DNA of 64,000 nucleotides from Octopus vulgaris (Eukaryota): NCBI GenBank assembly GCA_951406725.2, contig OX597821.1, positions 8,432,001 to 8,496,000 of the forward strand, read 5' to 3'. Shown piece by piece: positions 37,249 to 50,606 of this stretch (position 1 is its first letter; each line of letters starts with the position of its first letter). The notes under the pieces were generated by a model. It saw only the letters and a program-made list of their open reading frames with translations, ran no database searches and was not told where the DNA came from. The position numbers and the translations under genes were made by a program.

Positions 37249-38956
37249 TAAAGGATTACAGCGTTGGCTAATTTTCTGACTTCGCTACTAAAAATGAAGA
37301 TCTATTCTGTATTGGGAGATGTATATGAATTAAAACAACGGATATATCATGTAATAAAGGTATCAGAAAATGTAAGAACAGTTTACGAAAGTACAAATAC
37401 CGGTACTATATTGCTCAGTACATGGTATAATGCCGATTTGTCTCTTATATAAAAGCAATGCAATCAGGTATGCTTTCGAAAAAATTTCACAGAGGCGTGA
37501 AGGTGAGGTTAAGAAGCTCACTTTGACCCATTAGTTTCGGGTTCACTTCCAATCTGTAGCAACTCGGTAACTATAGTCTACCACTATAGTTAAGCCCAAC
37601 AAATACCTTGTGAGTGAATTTAGTAAACGAAAACTGTGTGGGAGACTGTTGTGTACTCACACACACATATCTTTTGTCTATTTTCATAAAGCTTCCCGTT
37701 ATATACATACATACATGCATGCATGATAATACATACATGCATGTTACATACATATATACATATATACATACATACAACGGAGACCTTTCAGTTTCTGTCT
37801 ACCAAATCCACTCACAAGGCTTTGGTCGGCCTGGAATGATAACAAAAGATAAGGTGCTATGCAGTTGGCATTGAAATCGGAAATAGTTGATTGGAAAGTA
37901 AGCTTCTTACCACATACCAACATCCAGGGTAGATTTTAGAGTTTATGGTTGTGCCTTAAGGTACAGCTCTTCCATGTACAGAATTCACTTCCTTATATCA
38001 TAATAACTTCAAAATTTGGTACAAAGTCAGTAATTTTAGGGGAGGAGGAATTCGATTATATTGATCCCAGTGACCAGCTAATACTTATTTAATCGACACC
38101 GAAAGGACGAAAGGCAAAGTCTACCATGGCAGTTTTTGAACTCACTACGTAAAATACTAAAAAAAAAAATGCCACTGAGTATCTTGTTCGGCGTAATAAC
38201 GGTTCTTCAAAGACTATCATTATGGACAGGTATTACAAGAATTTTGCGAATGAAACCTGAGAGCGTATTTTGAGTTTCATAAACGCTGAAAGAAAGGATT
38301 AGCAGATACAAATTATATAAATGGGTATTCCGTCCTTGAAACAGGAGTTTAAACCAGATCTCTATTGTCCGATCTTCAAAATCCCTGAAAAATCGTCAAC
38401 AAAACTGAATGTCTTTTAGTGACAACTTTGGGATCTTATTATTATTATTATTATTATTATTATTTCATTGGATGTCTTTAACTGTTGCTCGCAATTGTTC
38501 TTGTGTGGCACTGCTACAGACACCACAAAGACGAGGGAGATGCAAAAGAAGCAGAAGCTCTGTAACACAAAGATAACGAATCATACGATGATAGAAGATT
38601 TTTACCAAGAGATCTGTTGGTTATATGCATCCGCCCATCTGGATTTATACTTTTGTACATTTTGAATTCCGAGCGTTGAATGTCAGAACAAAGTCGACTG
38701 TGTAAACAATTCTGTGAATTTGCTGCCTGTGTTTAGCACAAAAGGAAATGGGACTGTCACATTTGGAACTTCTTAGGTTATGGGTAAGCTATATGTGGAC
38801 TGAACTGGGGTTAATGTGGACTGAACTGGGGTTAAACACACATATACAAACATATAAAAAAAAACAAGTAGTAAGTAATTATTAACAAACCGCACCAACA
38901 AGATAGCAATAACAGCTATAGTAACGAGGCAACGACAGTGGACGGCTTCAAACGTT

Positions 38957-39196
38957 TTATTGACATTTGCCATATATAGAAACAAATACATCAGTCTTAA
39001 TATTCGGCACACACTTTGTCCCTGCAACACAGGGGCAAGTAAACGTGGAGGGTTGTGTGGAACAACCGTTTCCGGCTTGAGGAATTGGTTTACAGTAGAC
39101 ACCCGAAGTGAACGAATCGACAACACAGCAATGGTTCGGTGGGCATTTTCCTGGGAAGCGATCTGACATATTACACACAGGCTCAAGTGAAGAAAC
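38957..39196 (-). CDS. Mature-domain exon of a secreted 10-Cys prokineticin/colipase-fold (astakine or toxin-like) peptide
   Basis: TCTTTTAG acceptor (39198-39197), phase 0; VSSLEPVCNMSDRFPGKCPPNHCCVVDSFTSGVYCKPIPQAGNGCSTQPSTFTCPCVAGTKCVPNIKTDVFVSIYGKCQ*; C-C-CC-C-C-CPC-C-C spacing. Confidence 0.85.
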   Translation of the reverse strand, partial: VSSLEPVCNMSDRFPGKCPPNHCCVVDSFTSGVYCKPIPQAGNGCSTQPSTFTCPCVAGTKCVPNIKTDVFVSIYGKCQ

Positions 39197-39578
39197 CTAA
39201 AAGATTGAATTAGATAGCAAATAAGCAGAACGTTAGTCATTTGTAGGTTATTAAAGGGCGGTAGTAATAGGGATACTCAGTGAAATGGTTCGTCAGGAGA
39301 CTCCCTGTTGTTTGTTTATCTGCACACCAATAGCATAGGAAGAATGTTTACATTCTTAGTTGATCCACAGTGGGGCTTTATGATGTTTATATTTGTTTCA
39401 ATTCTCCTGCTTCAATCTGCGTTGTGTTTGGAATTGATATAATTAGATGCACTGTGTTACTAGTTTTAGTTTCTGGTTTTAGTAAATGAAATTACTATTA
39501 GTACTTATATTTAAAATCTGATATTCTTTTGGTCTCTTTTTATCAAACTGCTAATTTATAAGGACCTAAAACACAACA

Positions 39579-39910
39579 TTACTTGTCCAACGATGAGAGA
39601 CAATGGCGAAAGCTGACAGACATAGATACATAAATACATACACTCGCACACACAATGAGCTCCAACATAGTTTCCACCAAACAAAATCCACTCATATGCC
39701 ATTGGTTGGCTCGGAGCAGTAGCAGAAGGGACTTGTTCAAGTTGCTTTTCAGTGGGACTAAACTCAAAACCAATTAATGGTTTAGTTAGTGGATAGAAGC
39801 AGTGTCAATGACTTACACAGTTGTGAGTGATTAGATTGATCAGGTTGATGGTGAACCATGTTACAACATCAGTCTTGAATCATAAAATGTAATTCGATGG
39901 CTTCATAAAA
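39579..39910. repeat. About 330-bp direct repeat, copy 2
   Basis: Near-identical to 36916-37248. Confidence 0.9.
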
Positions 39911-41705
39911 GTTTGAAGATTTGGTTTGGTAGTTTGTAGTGGGCGTTTGTGACGAGTGAGATAGGATCCATATTATCTCGCCTTCGTGTTACAAACGTGT
40001 GAGTTGAGTGGGCCTAGTGAGAGTGGAAGAAGTTTGATTGTACTAAGGGTTTGAGGTGAGTGAACTATAGAGTACGGGTAACGAGAAGAATGGAGATATA
40101 TGAATAGAGTGGACCTGGGTGAAGGTGGTGGTTAGTGCTGTATTATTATGATGAGTCATTGCGACAGTTTGGGTGATGAGATGAATATAGACATGTGAGT
40201 AAGGTTGGCCTTGGTTAAGGTAATGGCTTTGCTGCTAACTTTTGGGCTATCAGATGAATTTGTTCGTGTCTTTCCATTTATGTTAATTGTTTCCAATTTT
40301 ATTTGAATTAACACGAAAAATATTGTTATCGTATTGTTTTGTAGCTGATATCACGGTCTCTAGTGCTACAACTTTTGTTTATCGTTTTGAAATTTGAATA
40401 TTTTTTTCTCTTTTCAGACATATGTCGATGGAGTGCCTAGCAGAAGAAAACGATCGAGTTTTTCTGACAATCCAATAGTTCAAAAATGCACAGGAAATTG
40501 TAATAGCGATTGGATAGGCACAAAGCGTGTGTAAATAAACAAAAAAAATCTCTGGCAGGAAGCGTCTGAATTGTATTTAGTGCTGATTTATTTATGAGAT
40601 GATTGAAAGCATGGTAAACATGTTACGGAGCAGAGGTAAGTCAAATGGATAGGTCGAGAGGGTTGAGAAGAACAATATGCCTTCAAAGCTGATCTGTATA
40701 TGTGGCTAAGGCATTACTCTTAAAGACCCAGTCTAGGTATTACATGAGTGGTAAGTACGCCCCTTTTGTCAATGCTAAAGCTGACGCGCTAGAAATAGCA
40801 GACAAATTATCCTCAGCATACATGCTACAGCCTTAAACACGAAAGCGCACAATGCTTGATGCAGTCCTAGACACGCTGTTAAAAAGACAAAGACGAGCTG
40901 GTCGTTACCGAGACTAGAAGGGAATTGGATCTGAACAGCAATAATAGCAAAAACGACTACAACAATGATAAAAAGTAACAAAAAAATAATAATAAATACG
41001 TGTCAAAGAAAAGACAATATGTTAGTTAAAATAATTTTATTATTTGAGTGATTTCAGCAGTATAAGTTTAGACACACTCATACGCGAACATATAATACAC
41101 ACATTTACACAAATATAGATACGTAGATAAATGTATATGTGTATATACGTGTACATGTGTGTGTGTTTAACTAATACATTCAATGCATAGGGATGGTGTT
41201 GGCCCTGGTATATTAATGGATTTTGAGGAATCCTGAGTAAAAACCTATCAGAGATATCGAGAAAGTAAGACACAACGTTATCAAAAACAATTTCAAAGTA
41301 AGGTATAGCTGTGCAAAAAAGAAAAAAAAAAGAAAAAAATCAGCTCCTATTTATGTGTGCAGTCCGAAAGGCCAGTGTGAACAACACTGAATAAACTAAG
41401 CATAACTGCAGGAAAAATACAGACATATCTAATTAATAAATGGTAAATGAGAGCAATTTTCAATACAATAAAAATTAGATCCAATATCAAGATATGAAAT
41501 GTATTAGTAGACTTGAAAGCAGCTTTAACAACCGTTCTTTGATGATATATTTCTGCATTTACGAAAGAGGACAATGAGAATGATGAAGCCTTATTTACAA
41601 TATGTAACACTGGAACGAAATACGTGTTGAATGTATTGATATCAACTGGTTAATAATTGAAGACAGCGCATTCTATATAACTTAATGAAGGCAAACTAAG
41701 CATTG

Positions 41706-41753
<48 letters not shown>

Positions 41754-41857
41754 AAGTTCAGCAACACAATTTAGATTCAAATGAATATGGTACTTAATTT
41801 AGATGCACCAGAATTTTTTATGGTATTACCCATAAAATTATGTGGGTTGATTATAAG

Positions 41858-42409
41858 CAAAAAATAAGCAACAAGAATGGATCCGGTAATTTAGTACAAT
41901 TGTTTCATACTATAACAATTTATTAAAGCTGCAAATATTACAGCAAATATAATATGTCAAGTAATTTTCAGCTAATTTCATATAGGTTTTCCAATAATGT
42001 AAAGTTCTTAAATCAATTAGTAACATCTTAGAGAGTGTAAAATGCGAACTTAATCTTGGTCTGACTGGCATCTTTCTTCATGTTTCCTGAAATTCATATC
42101 CACAACTTTATCGGTATATTTACCTTCTCGGTGATGTCATTAATTAATTTGAGAATTTTACATTGTTGGAAAGCATATATGAACTTGGCATCTTACTTCA
42201 AGTTCCTGAAACTCACATCTACAACTTTATCGGTACATTTGAACTCTCTAAGATGTTACTAATTGATTAGAGAACTTTACATTATTGGAAAATCTATATG
42301 AAATTAGCTGAAGATTACTTGACATATTATATTTGCAGCTTTAATAAATTGTTATATCATGAAACAATTGTACTAAATTACCGGATCCATTCTTGTTGTT
42401 TATTTTTTG
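41858..42409. repeat. Fold-back element between two (TA)n tracts
   Basis: 41858-42044 is the reverse complement of 42236-42409; (TA)n at about 41708-41751 and 42412-42460. Confidence 0.88.
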
Positions 42410-42410
42410 G

Positions 42411-42466
<56 letters not shown>

Positions 42467-42881
42467 GAATATACTGGATTTTATATTATGGGATACTGTT
42501 TTTCTAAGTCTATATAGTTTATTAGAATTGTAGTGTCACTGTACACCAGATATAAACTTCATTCAAACATGCACATATACATTTACAGATACACCTCAAA
42601 CACACATACGCACACAAACAGAAATATATCTTATCTTCAAACGATAGAAGTTATACAGTTACTCCAGAATGGGACCTATAAAACAAGGTAGGGTCTCAAA
42701 ATAGAATTGGATACGTGCCTTACACGAAATTCTCGGTCCTTGCGTCACATTTTAACTTACGTGGATTATTCATGCATTCAGCTCTATTCATCTTGCTTGT
42801 TCTGTCACACCCATGTATGTATGTTTTCTATGTATGCATATAAACACACACACACATACATACATACACGTGCATACATTC

Positions 42882-43105
42882 GGTCTGGCCGAAACGTTAG
42901 CACGCAGGGCGAAATGCTTAGCATTATTTCGTCTGTCGCTACGTTCTGAGTTCAAATTCCGCCGAGGTCGACTTTGCCTTTCATCCTTTCGGGGTCGATA
43001 AATAAAGTACCAGTTATGCACTGGGGTCGATATAATCTACTTAATCCCTTTTTCTGTCCTTGTTTGTCCCCTCTATGTTTAGCCCCTTGTGGGCAATAAA
43101 AAAAA
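42882..43105 (+). mobile_element. SINE family C
   Basis: TGGCCGAAACGTTAGCAC...GAGTTCAAATTCCGCCGAGGTCGACTTTGCCTTTCATCC; decayed relatives at about 38005-38210, 45025-45400 and 61540-61915. Confidence 0.8.
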
Positions 43106-43194
43106 AATATATATACATACACATAGATAAATATAGATATTTTATATGTATACATATATGTCTGTATCCATACTTATATTAACTATAAAATAAA

Positions 43195-43443
43195 ATAAAT
43201 GCGCCCTTTTAAAGCCTAGCCAGGCTCATGGGCCTGGTTTCCCGGTTTCTATGGGATATGTGTTCCCCAGCTGGGACGCCAGTCCATCGCAGCGTTACTC
43301 ATTTTTGTCAGCTGAGTGGACTGGAGCAACGTGAAATGAAGTGTTTTACTCAAGAGCACAGCACGTCGCTCGGCCCTGGAATCGAAACCACAATGTTACG
43401 ATCATGGTGCTGACACCCTAACCATTAAGCCACGCGCTTCCAC
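43195..43443 (-). mobile_element. tRNA-derived SINE family B
   Basis: Reverse complement of 23933-24190; the head starts at intron position +9 of the peptide gene. Confidence 0.85.
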
Positions 43444-43451
43444 TATATTAC

Positions 43452-43505
43452 CTACACTTTAAACAAAAGAACAAAGGTAATCCCAAAAGCCACAATGAAG
43501 ACCAT
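43452..43505 (-). CDS. Signal-peptide exon of the Cys-rich peptide gene; last codon is TAG
   Basis: TTTTCCAG acceptor (exon starts 43512), GAAATGG start context, MVFIVAFGITFVLLFKV-TAG|GTAATA donor; phase 0 joins VSS-LEPVC, giving a plausible signal cleavage site. Confidence 0.7.
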   Translation of the reverse strand: MVFIVAFGITFVLLFKV

Positions 43506-43844
43506 TTCCTAACTGGAAAATTATAGCAGCAAAGCATAGCCAGATTAATTTACAATTTATACAATGTAAACAACAGAGCCAATCGAAAGTTTGTGCTGTG
43601 GTAGTGAGCGTCAACGATAACCACGTTGATGGTAGTGGGTGCTACTGTTAACGCTTTCTTCGTAAAATCATTAAATATGGTTCTCTACTGAAAAGCATTG
43701 AGTTCTCCTCCGATATTGTGTTCGGTTGTTTTTATATGTAATTTTACATACATACAAACATTCAGATATTTATTTATTTATTTATCTACAAATGTATACG
43801 CTCTCTCTCCCCTCTCTCACACACACACATGCATGCATACATGC

Positions 43845-43888
<44 letters not shown>

Positions 43889-44027
43889 AGTTTGCTATAT
43901 GTGTACAGCATCCACAAATGTATAACACAAATACATTAACTTAAATCGTGCCATAAACAAGCACACAGTTACAGATACTCGTACGTAGATATACACATGA
44001 AGATATTCATACACATATAAAAGCCAG

Positions 44028-44281
<254 letters not shown>

Positions 44282-44315
44282 GAAACACATGCTTGTGAAA
44301 GTATATATTACCAAT

Positions 44316-44387
<72 letters not shown>

Positions 44388-44950
44388 TCATACACTTATA
44401 GACATATGTATACTTATACATGCATACACAAACTCATCTATTTATATATATACATATATATATATATATACACGCATATGTAGTACATAAACATACACAT
44501 ACACACACACTGTGCATGTGTACAGGATTTACGTATGTGGGTATGTATAAAATGATCGAAGCTAATATATGTTGCAATATATGATGGGGGAGGTTGTGGA
44601 AATAAAGAGAACCACAAGACATTAACGACTCTTGATCACTTTCATTCGATGAATGTTCTGCTTTCTCTAAATTGTAAAGCTTTGATATTTTATGGAGAAA
44701 TTCTTTTGCAATTTTGGTTATAATTTCAGGAATTACAACCAGGAATCTATTAAAGGTTGCAGTAAAGAACAGTTTCCTATTGATCTGGCTTCCCCGTAGA
44801 ATTAATACTTGGATCTAATATGTAGTTTATAGCAACAATTTTAAGAGGCAAAAAAATATACTTAGTATTATTGTTATTATTATTATTATTAAAAGTAAAT
44901 CATTATTTTTAGAAATAAAAGAAATACTACAACTACTACTACTGCTACTG

Positions 44951-45004
<54 letters not shown>

Positions 45005-45989
45005 ATTATTATTATTACTATTAAGGTTCTGAACTGGCAGAGTCGTTACCATGTCAGGAAAATTACCTAATGGCATTTTGTCAGCTTAAACGTCCTAAGT
45101 TCAAATTCCACCGTAGTCGACTCATCATTTCGGGGGTCTATGTAATCGAGTAGCCCCTTCTCCCCAAGTTTCAGGCCTTGCACCCATAGGAGAAAGGTAA
45201 TTATTACCATAAAGACATCAAACTGGCAGTTCCTTCCGGGTTTTCTTCCAGATCTTTACATTCTGAGTTGCATTCCCACCTGGATCAACTTCGCCTTTGA
45301 TCTATACAATGTCAATAAATTAAAGTTGAAATCAATCACTATGGTCATTGGAATCGACTAACCTCTTCACCGCAAAATTGCCGGCCTTGTGTTTTTCAGA
45401 GTGTTAGTCCAACTCTTCAATACCATGAGTTTGTACTAAGTCTTACTATATAGAATATTTTCAAATGCAGGGCAACTAAAAAGAATGGCAAGGAATTTAA
45501 TTATTTGCATTAATTTTTCCATGAAAAAGAAGAAAAAAAAATGTATTTTCTGCTACTACTAGTAAACATGTTAAACAAAACGTTTAAAATCGCCTCCTAC
45601 AAAATAAATAAGTAAATAAATAAATAAATAAATAAAGAAGTAAAACAACACGAAACCAAACTTGACTTTACTGATAGTAAACAGAAATATATACATTTAA
45701 TCGACAAGAAAGAAAATGAGAGGTAAGACTATTGCAAAGGTTGCAAGACGCAACGAAAATTTTAGGAAAATAAAAATAAGAAATAAGTGGAAATTTTACC
45801 GGTGAGTGTGTTACATTATAAGGCACAGAAAGAAAACGACTCACCCCAGACACAACAGAATATGCTTCAACACACGAACTCATATAAAGAATCTTTTGAA
45901 TTTTTGACAGAAAATAACATGTGCAACAATAACATTAAGAGCATCAATAACACGCACAGCATGAATTTCGTTAGACGAAGTGATTGATT

Positions 45990-47370
45990 GGGAGTTCGAA
46001 TTAAAAAAAAAACAGAGAAAGCTCTGCAGAAGTTGCGTATTCGACTGATACTTCGATCATAGAGGAACTTCTTTTCCTGGAGATCTCTGATCTTTCAGTC
46101 TTTATGAATTCATAGTTCTAGAATATGGTCATTTTGTTACTTTGTGAAGATTTTTCTGGTATATGTTTATTCCATCGCTTCTCTGTTCGTACTTCATACT
46201 TGTGTATAAAAGTTCCATTACTGTCATGTCTTCTAATATATTACGTCTTGGTTACGTTTGGACGGCCAGATAAAACACGTTTTATTGTTTCTTCCAAATC
46301 TCCACATATTTTGCTTTTATTTAATGTGTTCTGATTCGTCACTTGAATTTAATAGCTTCTGGTGAGAAAGCGTTGAATCTCTACTACAACCAAAAGTCTT
46401 TCAGTCGTAGCTTTCAGACAGTACTGTCATGTCTTATTATGTTTCTATTCTCTTCAATTCCCTCCACTTAGGCAATGACAATATAGCAGCTTTTGTTACA
46501 ACATCCTGTAGTCCCAGTTTTAGCCTAGGTTTTTTTTTATCCTTTTCACAAATTTTGTGTTATTTCTCTTTCCACCCCACAAATATTCTGTCACTTACTC
46601 CAGCCTCACTGGTATATTAGGTATTTTTAAAGAGTTCATTGTGTCGTTTTAATCTTGGGAATCTGTTTGTTTCCTTAGTCAGTTTTGTATCTAGCTTTTA
46701 GAACTTTATTAAATATTTTTGCCAACATTCAAAGGGATTTGAACCTGTGAATATTCCAACTTTTGTTTCTATATGCAGGGATGCCAGCATAATTCTATTG
46801 TACAAATGTTTTAAGATAGTAGGATCTCATCTGAAGGAAATTTGTTTAATCTCTCTTGCAGGCCGAACGACTACATAAGCGATCCCAAATTAGTTGTTTC
46901 TGGATATTTTAGTATATCTTTAAAACTCCTTTCAAGTGTTTTGTGGGGGTATTCTTTTTATTCCCTTTCTCCGGGAATGTGACACTTCTAAGACACTTCT
47001 AAATACTTTGCTGTTGTTTATATTCTGTACAATTTAGATTATTGGTTTGATGTTTATTCTGAAAATAGATCTGGTATTGCACGAGGTGCTTTTATCTTTC
47101 TCATTCGCAGCAAACTATCTTCTCTATGTCTCTATCTAAGTGTTTTAAATATTTTTTGTTTTGCTACATTAGAGTTGCAAGTTACTTAGTCTCAGCGAAG
47201 ATAATTTTCGACAAGAGTCACTATTGTTTGTTTCAGTCTAAGAATTTGTTTTGCTATTTTTGTCAATGATACATACTTTGCAATTTAGCTAGACTAATTC
47301 CTTTTAAAAATTCTACTTTTGCTATTACGCATTTTTCAATTTTTCCGCTAGTGCCTCTTCGTGGTTCATT
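45990..47370 (-). mobile_element. Highly decayed LINE remnant
   Basis: Scattered RT-like fragments (KAPRAIP near 47090, VVRPARE near 46870); no intact frame. Confidence 0.35.
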
Positions 47371-47374
47371 ATAA

Positions 47375-48600
47375 ATACTCTCACTGTGCAGAGAGTCAAC
47401 TATCACCCTGCTTCATAATAAGGTTGATAAAGAAAATCTAGAAAACTATCGCCCCACATGCCTCTTGTCTCATCCTTATAAACTGTTGGTCATAGTCACC
47501 AGACTATTAAAACACCTCGGTGTTCAACAGCCTTAAGAGAAAGCAGGTTTCCGTGACAAATATAGTATAACAGATCACGAATTCACTCTAACAGAGCTCA
47601 TAAAACAAGCGACCAAACAAATACAAGCTTCCTTTGTGTATCGCTTTTGTTACTTACGAAAACGCTTTTATAGCATCGAGATGAACTCAGTGTTGAAATC
47701 TCTGGAAATACAAGGCCTCGAAGCACAGTACATCAAACTACTCAGAGATATGAACTCTGGATGCGCAACAGATAGAGCTCTGCTATCACAACCACCAAGG
47801 GTCCCAATTGGGAAGAATATTAAGAAAGGAGATACTTTTTACTGCATCAGTGGCAAGCAACAAACATACCTCCTATTTGTAGATGACGTACTCATCGCTG
47901 AAACCACAGCCCAGCTGCAGACCATGGTGGTGTAGCAGCAGGTTTTTGAATAAACAAAATATATGCGGTCGGAAGATGTAGTATGAGGCCGAATAGAGGT
48001 AGGAAGCGATGAAATCGAGGAGATAAAGGAGTACGTCTACTTAACACACACAGTGAATATGCGCCGAGATATTGATGCTGATATCTCAAAGAGAATGAGG
48101 GAAGGTTGGAAGGAATTTAACTCAATAAAGGATGTGCTCCAAACAAAGCTGGACAATGCTATACGTGTCAGACTCTTCTATAGCACCGTTCTACCTGCGC
48201 TCTTATACTGCGCGTGAGACGTAGAATACTATGAAGTGGGTAGAACATCGATTGGCTGCGACGCAACGAGCCATAGAAAGATCCATGCTATGAATATCAT
48301 TAAAAGAGCAGATTCAAAATGAGTTAATTCGGGAATGGAACGGAGAGAGCAAAGTGATCGCGGAGCACAAATTCCACTGGGACGGAAAAGCCGCAGCATC
48401 CACAAACAACAAGTGGACCCGTGAAGTTGCTGAATGGTATCCAAGAAATCAGAAAAGGCCACTTGGAAGGCGTCCACGACGATAGGAAAACGATTTGGTC
48501 AAGAAACTTGGGTAAAGAAGGAAAAGAATGGCGAAATCAAGACAAAATTGGACCAGCGGTGCAGTGTGACCAGCGGTGTATGACAGCATCTGATGGCCTG
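47375..48600 (+). mobile_element. Decayed RTE-type LINE RT and 3' region
   Basis: DKENLENYRPTCLLSHPYKL, KAGFR, YLLFVDDVLIAET and LFYSTVLPALLY motifs. Confidence 0.8.
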
Positions 48601-48601
48601 A

Positions 48602-48655
<54 letters not shown>

Positions 48656-48740
48656 CATACATATATATACATATGTAAATATATATATATACATATATAT
48701 ATACATACATATATATACATATGTAAATATATATATATAC

Positions 48741-48786
<46 letters not shown>

Positions 48787-48816
48787 GCATACACGCATAC
48801 ACACACACACACACAC

Positions 48817-48886
<70 letters not shown>

Positions 48887-49070
48887 TATATGGGGGAGAA
48901 TTCACAAAAAAAGAAAAAACAAAAGCCGAAGACAGGTGGTGAAGACAACAAACAGATGTATTAGTTTAACGCTCGGGAAGTGAAAAAAAGTCTTTAACGT
49001 TTCGAATCTCTGCTCCTCCGCAGAAAGGAACACAGAAAGAAACAAGGAGAGAAAATAAAGAATGTGTAGT

Positions 49071-49133
<63 letters not shown>

Positions 49134-49149
49134 TATACATATATATATC

Positions 49150-50045
49150 AATAATAATGAAGAGTAAAATGAATTAATTAATTAGTAATTAATAATTCCA
49201 CCAAGTAGTATTCGGTATGTTAAAAGGACCATTTTCGGTAAACTTAAACATTATTTTTATAATTATGAGTATAATTATAATTAGGGTTCAGCAAAAAATT
49301 TGCTTCACCAACATACCGAACTTTAGAAATAGCAGCCAAAGAACTTAGCTATTTTTTCAACAATAAGAAGAAACTCCCAGAACAACATATACTCAAAACA
49401 ACCCACGTAGGCATAGAGGAAAAAACAGCGAAAATTCACACGGTATTTGATTACTTGTGGACGGGTTTCTGAGTTAGATAGATATGAAGATGCAAAAATC
49501 ACACCTTCATTCTAACATTCTCTTCCTCAGCACAAGATTTCAAGATTTAAATTTGAGAGCACTGAAAAAATTGAACATACCTATCTGATTCAAGTAACAT
49601 CAGATAAACTATATACAACGACCAGTACCAACGAATTCAAAACATACGAATGAAGTCTCGTATTTTCCCTCACCAACCCACGTGTGTTGTCGAGTAAAAC
49701 ATTCTACAGCAAAAAAACTGTAGTTTATTATCAGGGTGAGAGTTATATTATCAATAATAATAAAGGGTAAAATTAATTAATTAGTAATTAATAATTCCAC
49801 CAAGTAGTATTCGGCATGTTAAAAGGACCATTTTTGGTAAACTTAAACATTATTTTTATAATTAATGAGTATAATTAGGGTTCAGCAAAAAATTTGCTTC
49901 ACCAACATACCGAACTTTAGAAATAGCAGCCAAAGAATTTAGCTATTTCTTCTACTATAAGAAGAAACTCCCAGAACAACATATACTCAAAACAACCCAG
50001 CAAATTTGCTGACCCTAATTATAATTATACTCATAATTATAAAAA
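49150..50045. mobile_element. Penelope-like element remnant with direct and inverted terminal repeats, between (TA)n tracts
   Basis: About 49150-49405 is directly repeated at about 49750-49999; short inverted copy at 50005-50048; internal SHLHSNILFLS resembles a PLE ORF N-terminus. Confidence 0.6.
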
Positions 50046-50049
50046 TAAT

Positions 50050-50127
<78 letters not shown>

Positions 50128-50156
50128 ATGTGTATACATACACACACACACTCACA

Positions 50157-50206
<50 letters not shown>

Positions 50207-50297
50207 CACACACATACATATAATAGGAATTGGTTTCAAAGAAAAAAAACCATACGTGGTATAGGGGAAAAGTACAAAGCAAACAAAGAAAATGCAC

Positions 50298-50603
50298 ATC
50301 TTTATATATAAAAGTGAAGTTGTGTGTCTGTCTGTCTCCTACGATTTAGATTCCTAACTACTCCCACATTTTGCGGTGCAGTTTAACCAAAAGCGGGTAT
50401 CTTATAGTCGTGATTCATATCGAGCCTTTCTGGGTATTAGCGCGCGTCTACGATGAGTCTACGATTAAAAAAAAAACATTACCATCATTTTTTCCCATTT
50501 TCAATGCATTTTTTGCTATTATATAAGGGAAGTAACTCTCTAAAAATGCTTATATGGTTATTTCCCTTACAAATCAGAGCAACGCCGGGCGATACTGCTA
50601 GTT
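50298..50603 (+). mobile_element. Non-autonomous Helentron-type element
   Basis: Reverse complement of both ends of 16653-17505 (TTTATATATAAAAG...(TCTG)n...CAACGCCGGGCGATACTGCTAGT). Confidence 0.8.
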
Positions 50604-50606
50604 AGT

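Noticed and set aside
38773-39240. 155-aa ORF overlapping the Cys-rich exon in another frame
   Set aside because: It spans the acceptor and the 3' UTR with no recognisable features; the Cys-rich frame explains the splice signals and phase.
48499-48964. YIYI, HTHT and CVCV ORFs here and throughout the window
   Set aside because: Translations of (TA)n, (CA)n and (TACA)n microsatellites.
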